A stretch of 64,000 nucleotides of DNA from Lophium mytilinum. Taxonomy: Eukaryota. The stretch spans positions 1,092,323-1,156,322 of the forward strand of contig MU004194.1 in assembly GCA_010093605.1 (NCBI GenBank). Direction: 5' to 3'. The stretch's first letter is position 1, and every line of letters starts with the position of its first letter. The notes beneath the pieces were generated by a model, which saw only the letters and a program-made list of their open reading frames with translations, was not told where the DNA came from and did not search any database. Positions 11,241 through 22,788 of this stretch are shown one piece after another. Both the position numbers and the translations under genes were made by a program.

Positions 11241-14200
11241 ATGGAGTTCAGAGACGATATCGGCGTCGATGACCCATTCTATGTGCCCCATCCGCATGCC
11301 AACATTCCCGAGCTGGATACACCTGCGCGGAACCACGAAGACTCCAGCGAGCAACAGAGCCTGCATCAAAGCACCGCTTCTTGCGTATTTACCAGCCACC
11401 CGGATTCCGACCCAATCTGCGTGCGAGATCCGCCAGAACTGACAGCCGACTTCTCCGACAACAGCGACGATCATTATGTTGGATCCGACGGCCAGCGACA
11501 TGTTGACACTAGTATCGGAGAGGACGGAGAATCGAAGGACGGAGTATATTATATTGTCGACTCATCTGATCCAGACGCACCACGCACGAACATTGGTATC
11601 TTACAATCGGACAACATGGGAGAGGCAGGCCAAGCGATGCGAGCCTATCTTAATCAAAATCTTCCCGCAAGTGCTCGACGGGATGACAAAGGCTTCCACC
11701 TTGACATATTCGACATCGTACCAGTGCACCAACTCGCTGGATGTCAGGCCAAGCTTTGGCGAGATGTGCCACTTGCTCGAGGGATCCATGCTTTCAAGCC
11801 TCCTCTAGAAAAGCCACCCTACAACGAATCTCATTCTAAGATTGCAAACGTCGTCACAGACATTGTGCAAGACCTTTCTAGTCAGGAATCCCCCTCATTG
11901 ATGCTAGCGCGACGAAGACTAACTTGTATTTTAGGAAACTACGTCTTCGTTGTCCGTCCTTTTGGATACTTTTTTGCTCCTTGTGATCATCCGCTATGTA
12001 CTCGAAACAACACTACGCAAGCTTCTCCTCACAACGACGGTACCGAGGATGATACTCCGCCACAGCAAAAGAGCTTCCTTAGCCTTGAGCCATATGTAGG
12101 ATGGGAAACCTTACGATGCGCGCCTGACTGCGACTTTGTAGGTGACAAAATATTGGTCTTCACGCGCGACGACGATATCAAGATCAAGGGCTTTACCCTC
12201 CGCAAAGTCATGCCAAAGGGCTTGAAGTTCTGTGTCGGCTGTCTGGAAGATCTCTGGAATCAGCGACACACCGTTGGCTTCATACCTCCTACTGCTGAAG
12301 AACAAGATGCACTCTCTGCAACGTCTTCTTTGCATTCGAGCTTTGCCGCTACAACCGTTTCGTCTCCGGAATCTCGAAGTACTTCAAAGCACACTCCACA
12401 GCGGCGTTCATATGTCAACAATCAAGCACAACAAGATCAACCCGCACTCTCTACATCAACTGCAGTCCCTGTCCCACCAAACCGGAGCCCGCTTTCTGGA
12501 GGTGAAGCTAGCTCGAAATGTATCCCGCAGCAGCGTACCCAGGTCAAAACTGACCAAGCACTCCTCGAGAGGCCACCGTTCGAACCACTAGCCACACTGA
12601 CGCAGCCGCCGATTTATGCGTCTTGGAATGAGGCAGGCAACTTATACCGAAACGGAGGTGCTTCCAGTAGCTCCGAGCATTCGAGTGGGCTGAAGAATGG
12701 TCTGGATGGTATGAGGGATCCGCGCATCTACCGGCCCTCATATCTACCAACAATTTCCAACGAAGATCAGAGTAAGCCAGATGATCGAAGCATGGGACTT
12801 GACGGCACTATTGACTCTACAGATCGTTCGCAGCCTCTATTCCCCATACTCCCAGACAGTCAGGAGACAGTAGGTAGAGATGCAGCAATTCAACTAGCCC
12901 CTTCCTTTGTCACAGCCAGGCAAGACCGACCGGCGTTAGCACCGACCAGAGAAGTATCACAACTCTCCTATTCTTCCCAATTCAATCCAGTTAACGCATT
13001 TCCAAAGCCATCAGCATTTACAGCAGTGCCTACTGTCCCGCAGTATCTGCTTCCCGCATTCGTCCCCACCAATTACACATCCCCATACCCGCCGCAACCC
13101 CCAATCTCTAACCCCCAGTCCCGCCGAGCCCTCCGCGGCGGCGTCACCCGCACCGAAATCCGCAATGCCGCCGCCCGTATAGGGCAAATGGTCTACGATA
13201 GCGAGCGCGACTTCGTCCAACAATACCACCGCAAGAGCACTCCAGCGCGCGGAACGACTCGAGCTCCCATCACGCCCCCTCGGACTACTGTCGTACTCTT
13301 GCCCCCGAACTCTATATCCCCACCTGTACGCCCTAATCTCTCGCCAGCGCTAAGTTGTTCGCCGTCGCCCATCGCCAATCTGCCTATCCGCTTACGCGCA
13401 CCTGCTTTTCCTCCAGCTATGAAAGGGCCCTCTTTTAGCAGCTTGGTGGAGGCGACTCGAAAGCAGAGATACGACGACATTACCGCCCGGCTCCAGAAGC
13501 AGCGCGAGACAGACCGCTGGCTCGCGGGAGAGAAACGCCGCGTCGAGGACGCAAAGCGCAAGGTATCCGCGGAACTCAAGAAGAAGCGCGCTGCTCTTGC
13601 TGCCGCCAAGGAGCCCCTAACTATGAGAGACCAAAGCCCGGACGAGCAGCCCCCGGTAGACAGAGAGGCGGAGGAGATTGGTTTCTGGTCCTCGGAGCAG
13701 CTGGAAGCTCACCTAGCTGCGAAGCTCGAGGAGACGGATAAGGCATGGGCGAAAACCCTAGCGGCACGGCGGATGGGCGAGAGTGATTTCGAGTCTTTCC
13801 GCCGCACGTACGGGAAACACAAGTTGACGTACTGTTCGTGCGGACGTGGAGATGATGGGCAGCCGATGGTGGAATGCGCGAACCCGGATTGCGAGGTGGG
13901 TGTCTACCATGTGGCTTGCTTGCACGCATCGGAGCGAAAGGCTGTGGAGATACAGGAGGAGAATAACAGTGCGCTCGCGTTGCAACGCCGCCAGCGCCGG
14001 CGGGAAGAGCTCGAGGATAGGGGAGAGGTGAAGGAGGGGAGACGTGTTAGGGAAAGCAGAAAATGGACGTGTCGAGCGTGTGAGATGGAGATCGCGCAGG
14101 CGAAGAAGAGGGAACTGCGGCAGAAGGCTATAGAGAAGAAGCAGGCTGAGCAAGACCTATGGGAGGCGAGGGAGGCAAGAGAGGAGGAAAGAATGAGGAT

Positions 14201-14303
14201 GGAGGAAGCCGAGGTGAGGGGCATGCATCAGATTATGCATGTTATGCAGCCGGAGGAGAGTGTGCAGGATGGGGATGGGTTCATCATGGATGAGGGCTTC
14301 TGA
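11241..14303 (+). CDS. Large disordered protein with an atypical C-terminal PHD finger and coiled coils
   Basis: ORF of about 1020 aa containing YCSC..MVECANPDC..YHVAC..WTCRAC. The 5' end is uncertain; an upstream exon is possible. Confidence 0.75.
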   Translation: MEFRDDIGVDDPFYVPHPHANIPELDTPARNHEDSSEQQSLHQSTASCVFTSHPDSDPICVRDPPELTADFSDNSDDHYVGSDGQRHVDTSIGEDGESKDGVYYIVDSSDPDAPRTNIGILQSDNMGEAGQAMRAYLNQNLPASARRDDKGFHLDIFDIVPVHQLAGCQAKLWRDVPLARGIHAFKPPLEKPPYNESHSKIANVVTDIVQDLSSQESPSLMLARRRLTCILGNYVFVVRPFGYFFAPCDHPLCTRNNTTQASPHNDGTEDDTPPQQKSFLSLEPYVGWETLRCAPDCDFVGDKILVFTRDDDIKIKGFTLRKVMPKGLKFCVGCLEDLWNQRHTVGFIPPTAEEQDALSATSSLHSSFAATTVSSPESRSTSKHTPQRRSYVNNQAQQDQPALSTSTAVPVPPNRSPLSGGEASSKCIPQQRTQVKTDQALLERPPFEPLATLTQPPIYASWNEAGNLYRNGGASSSSEHSSGLKNGLDGMRDPRIYRPSYLPTISNEDQSKPDDRSMGLDGTIDSTDRSQPLFPILPDSQETVGRDAAIQLAPSFVTARQDRPALAPTREVSQLSYSSQFNPVNAFPKPSAFTAVPTVPQYLLPAFVPTNYTSPYPPQPPISNPQSRRALRGGVTRTEIRNAAARIGQMVYDSERDFVQQYHRKSTPARGTTRAPITPPRTTVVLLPPNSISPPVRPNLSPALSCSPSPIANLPIRLRAPAFPPAMKGPSFSSLVEATRKQRYDDITARLQKQRETDRWLAGEKRRVEDAKRKVSAELKKKRAALAAAKEPLTMRDQSPDEQPPVDREAEEIGFWSSEQLEAHLAAKLEETDKAWAKTLAARRMGESDFESFRRTYGKHKLTYCSCGRGDDGQPMVECANPDCEVGVYHVACLHASERKAVEIQEENNSALALQRRQRRREELEDRGEVKEGRRVRESRKWTCRACEMEIAQAKKRELRQKAIEKKQAEQDLWEAREAREEERMRMEEAEVRGMHQIMHVMQPEESVQDGDGFIMDEGF

Positions 14304-14917
14304 TACGTGTACTTCGAAGTAACTGCTGGGAGTCCAAGAGGGGCCGGTGGTGTTGAAGATGGAGGTGAAGTGGTGATGAGAATACCTCTATTGTACTACT
14401 ATTAGAATTTGGGAAGGACGAGGGTAGTTGGGTAGTCTCGAAATTGGTACAGTTGGTATCATTGAGACTGGGTAGAATTCGATGAATGGAATAGCCTTGA
14501 AAACATCACGGGCACAGTTATTGCAGAAACTGTCAGTAGTGCCTCGAGATGCTTATACCGCTCGAAGGACGATCAGTTTGACTTTCAGAAGAGTGTGAAG
14601 TAGCATAGTTGTCGAAAATTGAAAAGCCCAAACAAAATCAGATGAGAGCAAGCAAGTTTGAGATCAATGGGACGAAGCCTCTTTGTAGCTATCTTAGGAT
14701 TAATGGAGCGCTTTTCAAATATGTAAACCAGCCATCAATGTTCGTCTCCGCTCTTCAAACCGGGCCGTGAACTAGCTTCGAAGTACTCGAGGTTGGCATC
14801 GTGGTAGCGAGCCTCATGAAAACCAAATAGATGTATTGGCACACTCCAACCAGTCCTGCTCACGTGAAGCAAGGCAATATCGAGGAAAGGGATAGTCCTA
14901 GTTTGAAACGACCTGCA

Positions 14918-16456
14918 CTACTTGCGCGTCCGGGAATGATATCGGAGAGGCTCAGCAGCAGACGACTCGAGCAGCCGCTCGATCTGCTCATGGTGCTGGT
15001 CCCACAATTGGCGGAAATCGTTCGGGAGCTGATCTGGCGAGAAGGTGTCATAGACAGGTCGACATAAGTTCCAACAGTCCCTCAAATCTCTTCTAGCATT
15101 TCGAACGGCAGAGGTGTTTCCTCGCGACTGTCGCGACTTCTCCAATTTGCAAAGAGCAACTTCGGTCTTAAGGAGCATGTAGTCAGCAGGCAGTAAGCTG
15201 GGAATCTTCTTGTCTAGTGCGACTCTGAGGAGTATCCGTGGTGAGCGCTCATCGATTGGTTCGGTCGCCGAGAATAGGGCATAAGGAGGGTGTCGCTTAG
15301 CGAAGTTGCTGTCCGTATAGTCGAGCGGCCCTAGGTCTGCACCATGGTCTATCAGGAGGCCGATGGTTGTCGCGATCTCTTCCTCGCTTCGCCGGCGTGA
15401 CATTAGGACGATGTCAAGGATTGAAGGTCCACCACGGTCATACAAAAGGATGGCGTGGACGTTCGGATCAGCTCCAGTTTCTAAGAGCTTGCGGATGAGC
15501 TGGAGTTGGCGGTCAAAGGAAAGTTTGCAATTCTCCACCGCATCGATGAGCGGGCGAGTGTGACATCGCCAAGAGATTTCTTCCTGTCCGTTGACATCAG
15601 CTCCAGCTTCTATCAACATTGTAACGATGTCTGTATTCTCCCCAGCTGCAGCGAGCGCGAGTGGTAGAGATGTCATATCGGGCGCTGCGTTGGAGTGGCG
15701 TTGGACCCAAAGGCGATTCGGGTCAGCGCCCGCATCTAGGAGCATGCGGACAATGGTGTTATCGTTTCTATAGTCTATAAGGACACTCCGCCGAACATCA
15801 AGCACAAAATGAAGAATTGACGGAGTGTCCCGAATATAGGAGTTGACATCCCCACCCCAGTTGAGGAGCAACTGGAATACGCGCGGATCGTACATAGCTT
15901 GGAGATACATGTCTTGATCGATAGGCTTGCCGCCACACAGCGATAGGAGTAACTCGATCAAATTCACTGTCTTGGAGCCGCTGGGGTCGGAGTGATTATA
16001 GCCGCGATTAGGAAGCGAAACATCCGTGAGGATGTCTTTCAGGAGCTTGATCGTATCTTCGGGGGAAAACCGTCCAAGCTCAATCGCTTTGACGACAAAC
16101 AACGAAGTAATGTCGACGCTGATGTTGATAATGATGCGACAGTCGGTGCGATAGTCGAGGCGGTAGTCGGTGAAATGGCGACGGCCCCAGCGCCCAATGA
16201 AGGCTTTGAAGATAGCCCAAGTGCCACTTAATGGATCGATACCCGTTATGTTGTGGTCGAGGAAATATCGCACGAGTTCTACATTGGACTGAAAGGCGGC
16301 TTTCTCCACGTCGCTTGCAGTAGCATTTTTGAACAAGTCCCCTTCCAGTAAGCTCCGGTATCGCCAGCTTACACTGGATAGTCTGCTCAGAGATTTAGTA
16401 TCGAGGTAATTTGCCGTTTCTAGCACCAGCTCGTTCGGCAATGCAGTGAAGGGCAT
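14918..16456 (-). CDS. F-box plus ankyrin-repeat protein (single exon)
   Basis: N-terminal FTALPNELVLETANYL..LSRLSSVSWRYR F-box; repeated LLDAGADPN / LIEAGADVN / LLETGADPN / LIDHGADL ankyrin ends. Confidence 0.85.
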   Translation of the reverse strand: MPFTALPNELVLETANYLDTKSLSRLSSVSWRYRSLLEGDLFKNATASDVEKAAFQSNVELVRYFLDHNITGIDPLSGTWAIFKAFIGRWGRRHFTDYRLDYRTDCRIIINISVDITSLFVVKAIELGRFSPEDTIKLLKDILTDVSLPNRGYNHSDPSGSKTVNLIELLLSLCGGKPIDQDMYLQAMYDPRVFQLLLNWGGDVNSYIRDTPSILHFVLDVRRSVLIDYRNDNTIVRMLLDAGADPNRLWVQRHSNAAPDMTSLPLALAAAGENTDIVTMLIEAGADVNGQEEISWRCHTRPLIDAVENCKLSFDRQLQLIRKLLETGADPNVHAILLYDRGGPSILDIVLMSRRRSEEEIATTIGLLIDHGADLGPLDYTDSNFAKRHPPYALFSATEPIDERSPRILLRVALDKKIPSLLPADYMLLKTEVALCKLEKSRQSRGNTSAVRNARRDLRDCWNLCRPVYDTFSPDQLPNDFRQLWDQHHEQIERLLESSAAEPLRYHSRTRK

Positions 16457-17624
16457 AATTGAATGCGGTGGCTGACGATTGGCAAGATTTTGCCCACCAG
16501 GCCGACGGGTGAACCGAGATGCGAAGAGACAGATGCGGCTCGGTATTGGAAGTAGTGGTTGTGGTGGTGGTAGGTGAGAATGCTATCAATAGAGGGAAGA
16601 AAGAAGAGAAGCTGTGAGAGGTCGGGGCTTTATAGCTGGTACGTTTCATTCACTCTCATCGACAGCTCCCCACGCGCATAAGTACTACAAGTCAAGACTC
16701 TCTCATTACAATGTAGAATGGAGCGACCTGCCGCTGGTTCACCTCAGCCAGGTTTAGTTAAACATAGACCTGTGTACGGATGAGGCTTTGAGGTGGAGTA
16801 TGGTTTGCGTACCTTCAATTGAACTAGCCCATACATCTCCTATGCCATCTAGCAGACGGCGTAGGAATTTTACCAAGTCTTGTTGGCCCAGTGATCAACC
16901 ATTCGGTGCCTACTAAGGTGAGATACAAGACACGATTTCGACTGTTACCTACGAACGCGCCATCCCATTTGCTAACGTTTCGTTACTAAAGTAGCAAGTC
17001 TTCCCTCCACACCTCCTATCGTCAGAGCAGGAATACCCCAATGGCAACGAGTGAACTCACCAGAGGTACGCATAACCCCAAGAAAAACCAACACAAGACT
17101 CAAGAGCTCGAATTCGACTTGAAATAAAGCTCAAGACCGAGTCCTCGGGGAGTGGCTGCAGTTTGAGAGTGGATGGTGTTTTGCTTGTTCTTTCAGACTT
17201 CGAAGACTACCTCACGATACTGTTTAAGCTACCAGACGTTGCCAGAAACACGAACACAGAAACCGTTGAGATTTTAATGGATGGATCCTTCCTCCGGTCC
17301 TTCCTACCACGGTAGGCGGGAGAAACATGGCATGCTTGGAGTGCATCAACGACTTTTGAAGTAGCCCAAGACGAACAGCTTTCGTCACCCTTAATTATGT
17401 GAGACTGCATTGAAGCACCCCAAGCAAACGATGGCCTTTTCTCTATGACCTTCGACTCCATCCATCAACATCTATTCTTTGGATTTGAGAGCTCTAAAAG
17501 TCTTCTTACCTTAAGCATTACCTATTGTATGAACGCAGAAACCACACATCTTTCATCGAGCAGCCCACATCGCGTCCGATGTTCTCGGACTACTTTCGTC
17601 CTTCGGCCCCATCCACCAACCCAC

Positions 17625-18309
17625 CTACCCCTTTCCATAGTTCCCGGACACCTTAAACACCGACCCCTCCTCATCCCACTTCACCGTAACAAGCTTCCCC
17701 TGTATGCTCAGAGTGTCGTACCGAATGCTCGCCTCGATATAGCAGCGCGTGAATTCCGCAAACTCCTCCGGCGAGTACTGCAACTGCTTCTTTTTCCAGC
17801 CGGCCGGCGTCTTGAACAGCTTGTGGAAGATGGCGGGGTTGGTGACGGAGGCCTCGTAGCTGAATTTGGCGCTGTTGGTCTTGCAGGAGGGCTTCCACTA
17901 GTGTGTGTGTGTTAGTGAAAAGATAAGAGGGGGGAGGCTGGGGAGGGAAAGATTAGAGCGGGCGATTGGTAGGGATTAGGTAGCTTGTGCGCAGAAACGA
18001 AGAGATATTCTGGCGGAAGAACAGGTGACATACCTTCATCTGGCTCTTGATCCCGCGCACCATCATATCCCTAGTCTTCGAAGTTTTGGCAGCTAGTTCC
18101 TCGGGCGTGATGCCAGGTGGTGAGGCATTGGCTGGCGTGTCGTTGGAAGTGCTAGCGATGTGGGATTGGAGCTTCAGAACGTGGGAGATGAGCTCTTGCT
18201 TGTCCATCTCTTCCAACGCGTCTTCGGTGAGGTCCAGATCGAGACGCGCGCGTTTTGAGGATTTCGTGGGTGCGATCGACGAGCTGGGGGCAGAGCGTTT
18301 GGGCGGCAT
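17625..18309 (-). CDS. Hypothetical protein (2 exons, about 182 aa)
   Basis: Exon 1 18309-18034 with a GTATGT donor; CTAAC branch and TAG acceptor at 17898. Exon 2 reads WKPSCKTNSAKFSYE...FKVSGNYGKG*. Confidence 0.75.
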
Positions 18310-18653
18310 CTTTGTGTCGGATTAACGTGTCTTTTGGGTTGAAGGGGTGGTGTTGATGGGGCGGGTGGGGGGTTTGAGGTGGGAAGAAAGTTGGAGAAGT
18401 CGCGCTGGGTCGCGGGAGCTAATTCACGTTGTCAGGTGACTTAATCATGATTCTGCCCAACTATTTAAGAGCTGAGCTGTGGCACTAGGATACACAGTAG
18501 AAAGTACTCACAGAGCAGGCATACAACGATTCAGCCTCGTCCGTCATGCACAAGTTTTTTGGTGCTCTCCAAACAGTCAGGAGAAGACTCAATGTATTCG
18601 ACTGGAGGGCCTTTAACCTTCCTTCTAGCCACCGTTGCTCTTGTTTATCCCCT

Positions 18654-20664
18654 CTACAACTCGAACCTCCATTCGCAGTCCTCAAACCCATCTCGCCTTG
18701 CAATCCTCACATCCACATCTCTGACCGGCTTCGTCGGCGTAAACGGGATCTTCATATCATCCTTGAGAGGACTCTGAACCACTCCTCCATTCTCACTCTC
18801 AATCTCCCAGCCCAGCAATACCAACGCCGTGAATCCACATATCTCCGATAGTGCGAAGTGTCTGCCGGGACAGATCACACTCCCACCACCAAAAGCGCGA
18901 AAGGCAGCGCCGGGTATAGACGGAGGATGTGGGAGCGCAGATGCAGCTCCAGACTTGTCCTGTCCAAGGAATCGGTCGGGTTTGAACTCGGCGGCGTCGA
19001 GGCCCCAAGTTGAGGGGTCAGAGTGTATGACGCCGCTTGCCATTTGCACGATGCTGCCTTTGCGGATGCGATACTGAAGTATAGATACATCTTCGCGGAC
19101 ATAGCGGACTGAGGTTAGTGCGATTATGTTCCGGAGGGTCTCGCGGAAGCAGGATATGAGCAGCGGTGCACATTCTTTCAGTTTCGAAATATTGAGGGTG
19201 CGGACCTCTCCCTGCTCGCCAACGGTAACAGTGACGGCTGCCCCGCACTGCTCGCGGAGTGTTTGAAGTAGTTTGGGCCGACTGAAGATGTTCACAAGGA
19301 GCCAGAATGTAGACGGAACCGCATTGCCCATGATGGCAAAGAGGAGGATAAGCTCCGAGCGCGCGGTCCCGGCGATGTTAAGACCGTTGCGAAAGTTGAT
19401 GGCATAACGCTGGCGGATGAGGGGGGACGCCGTGTTATAGCGCTCATGGCGGGCGTAGTCTTCCAGTGCGGCGACCATTTTGTGACGCGCGGCGATGGCG
19501 GTGGGCGCAGTGAGAGATGGCACGAAGCCGGCGATGAAATGCTTGATGCTGTCTTCAAACGTCCACCAGATCTTGTCAAGGCCAGGATTTAGGATGAATG
19601 GGTTTTCGGGACCGTAGACTAGAGGTTGGGGATCAATTAGCGGAGGGTTCGTACAAAGGGTAATTAGAACAAATATGAAGCCCTTTGGTGTACAATCTCA
19701 AGTGTGAGCACATATAGGATCTTAGACCCAGGGGCTGGGGGAGGAGTTGCAGGCTACGTACAAGCAAATGCGTTGGACGTGGTGAACACATGCTTCGTAA
19801 AGTCCATCAAACCGGTGAGCTTCACCGGTTTTCCACCATCCAAGGTGTCTGGTTTCGTCCGCGGAGTTCGAATGTAGCTATTCATAGCATCGGCAATGGC
19901 ATCAAGTTGGATAGCGCTCATGGAGTTCAACATAGGCCCAGGTCCTAGCATGGAAGCGATCATGTCGTGCGACTCGTTCATCAAGCCGTGGTTGCCGTTA
20001 TCACGGTCCACGTTTTCCCAGATAGCCGACATTGCAGCCTTGTCGAAGCCAACCATGCGCTCCGTGACCGATAGGATGGCGCCATAGAAGGATAGTGACT
20101 TATTCGCGCGTTGAACCACGGCGGCAACCTGGGGAGATGCTACGATGACGGTGCGACCGTTGAGAGTCAGGAGCGTATAGATAGGGTACTTAGTGTCTTT
20201 GCTGTATCTCAGATTAGTGGTGATCAAGGACGGCGAAACGGTTTAGAGAGCCTCAGTAATAGGGTGATAATCTTGGAGTGAAATGCGTTATGGTTGGCAA
20301 TTGAGAAGGATGGGAATAGCTGGCAGACTTGGGGCCGGTATTGATAGGATGGAATCGACCATAATACGAACTTTACGATATCGTAGTATTTGGCGCCATA
20401 CTGGAACATCCCAATCAGGTGGCCAACGAATGGGAGATATGGGTGCGGGATGAGAGGCGGTTCTCTAGGGTCGGCACGTGCTTTGACGAAGTACTCGAGT
20501 CGTGAGAAGAGCAGAAGTAGCGGATAGATGCCGATTGCCCATGGAACAGGTTGCTCCTTGAAGATTCGCCACAAGAGGAACGCAAGTAGGCCAAAGACGT
20601 GCATCTGCCATCCCATTATATCGATATGCCTCCATTTCGGAGACTGAGAGTCGAAGTTGGCCAT
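18654..20664 (-). CDS. Cytochrome P450, CYP7/CYP8-like (3 exons)
   Basis: N-terminal anchor, EPPLIP, ETLR (ExxR), PDRF and heme motif FGGGSVICPGRHFA. I-helix reads AIMGNAVP. Introns at about 20371-20202 and 19761-19619. Confidence 0.93.
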
Positions 20665-21353
20665 GGAGAGAAGAGAGTAGCGCAGTGATGCGGATCAGGA
20701 GGAAGTGAGCAACGCAGAAGGTAGTGAAACGGTCCTTTCTTCCCCCCCGATCCTCTACGTGGATGATCTAAAAGATAAGCAGAACGGAAATGGTGGTCGT
20801 GAGAGTAGCGTTGCCAAAGTGAAAGCGAGGTGTAAAGTAGGTAAGGCTAGGGTAAGGCTGGGCTGCGCGGGGCACCGTACACCGTCACACGAGGAACCGC
20901 CTCGTCGGTGAGAGTAGATCAGGTGGTGATGGCTATCAATACACATGATCATGCCATTTCGGCACCTACACTTATTCAAAGTGCGTAATGAAGTATCCAT
21001 ATGAGTATCCTGGGAGTTACACCTAGGCAGATGTTGTAGGACAATTAAATGTGCTTCAATTTTGCAGTATTGCAGCGAACTGCAACAGGGCCTTCTCGCT
21101 CCACGAAGAATGGTGTAAGAATGCCCAGGTATCCTCTCATCTAAAGAAATCAACGCTAACCGCTAGGAAGTAATGTACAAACGAGACTCAACTGGCCATC
21201 TGGCTTCTGCCTGTGATAAACATGCACAAAAGCAATATCCCCACGCCCGAGGCTGTTCTTCATGCCATTTATGGCCCAAGTCCTATTTTCACACCCCGCC
21301 AGCTGAACGGGTATCCAATGTATCCAAGATGGTTGTAGTCGTCTCTACGCGAT

Positions 21354-22788
21354 TTACAGCTCTTTCTTCAAGAAGTGCTCTGGTGCGTGGCTGGTCTCAA
21401 AATCGACGTGCACATACGCACGCTCCACGTTCGGCAGACTCTCGAGTTTGATTTGGAGCTCTTCGGCAACGTCGTGCGTGTGGCGAAGGGTATCATTGGG
21501 GTCCATGACAATGTCGACTTCGACGATGAGGCGGGGGCCGCTGTGGTAGGCGCGGACCGTGTCGATCTGCTTGACCTCGGGGGAGTGGGTCATGGCTATA
21601 GGGCAATGTTAGACACATTCGCGTTGACAGCCGAGAACATGTAAACTTACAGATATATGTAATAAGCTGCAGCATATGCGTGTCCGCCGTGACGCCGATA
21701 AGCAGCTGGAACTCGGAGTACGCTGTCCTGAGCCAAAGGAAGATGATCAAGACGGAGAGCAGGATAGCGCCCATAGGATCGATCCACCATCTCAATTTGG
21801 CACCTCCGACGGAGGTCAAGATACCGAAGCCGTTGATGAACAAGTCGTTTCGGTGATCCTCCCACAGAATCCGGATCTGAGAGTACTTGTTGCGCAGCGC
21901 CCAGCAGTAGAGAAACAGGCAAAACTTGGTGCAGAAGGCTATAGCAACCGCGATAATGGAAGGGATGTGTAGATTCTTCGTATCCTGGCTGGAATTATAC
22001 GTCACAAGCTCGCGGATGGACTCGACGATGATGATGGCGGAGACAGCGCACATGAGGAAGCAAAAGAATATGTTTCCTGCGGTCTCGATGCGCGCTTTGC
22101 CAGAGGGAAACCTCCTGCCATCGACCCTCTTGACAGCGCGGTTACACAAAATGAGGGTTATGTTGGACATTGGGTCGAAGACGGAGTCGACCATAGTTGT
22201 GAACAGCGAAAGCGACCCAGACGATGCCGCACCATACAGCTGCAGGCCCGCAAGGATGACATTGGCGATGAAGCTTCCCTGAACAGCAATCTTGAACTGC
22301 AAATGGTCGGCGCCCTCCTCCTCCTTCGCCAACCGTCGATGGTCATCAACTGGCTTCAGCAGTGTCTCGATATTCTCGTTCTGGGCCTCGTAGAATTTGG
22401 CGATTTTGCGTGCCCTGTAGGCGGTCTTGTTTGTTTTTAAGGGTCCAAAGCCGTCCCGCTTCCTCGATGAGTTCGCCCGTATCTGTGCCATCTCCTCGGG
22501 GGTCTTGATCTTGGACGCCAGCTGGTACGGGTCCGTATCTTCGTCGTAGGTGGGGATCGACTGCAACTCGATGTCGTTCTCGTTGCGGTGGCCATGGCGG
22601 GCGAATGGCTCATCGATCTTGTCAGAGTCGATGGCTGTAGATTTCCCGGACTTGATAACGGTTATGGCATCGGAAGAAGACGGGTGGAGGCTGGCCTCGC
22701 TCGGGCGAGGGCTCTCTTGCCGGAAGCCGTTGTTAAAGGGCAAGGGTCGCATCGAAATAGCGCGGTGCAAGTCTGGTTCGGAACTCAT
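21354..22788 (-). CDS. Cation diffusion facilitator, MTP8-11/Mn-CDF type (2 exons)
   Basis: SGSLSLFTTMVDSVFDPMS (DxxxD), FPSGKARIET, EDHRND, WWIDPMGA, IDTVRAYH and VERAYVHVDFETSHAPEH. Confidence 0.93.
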
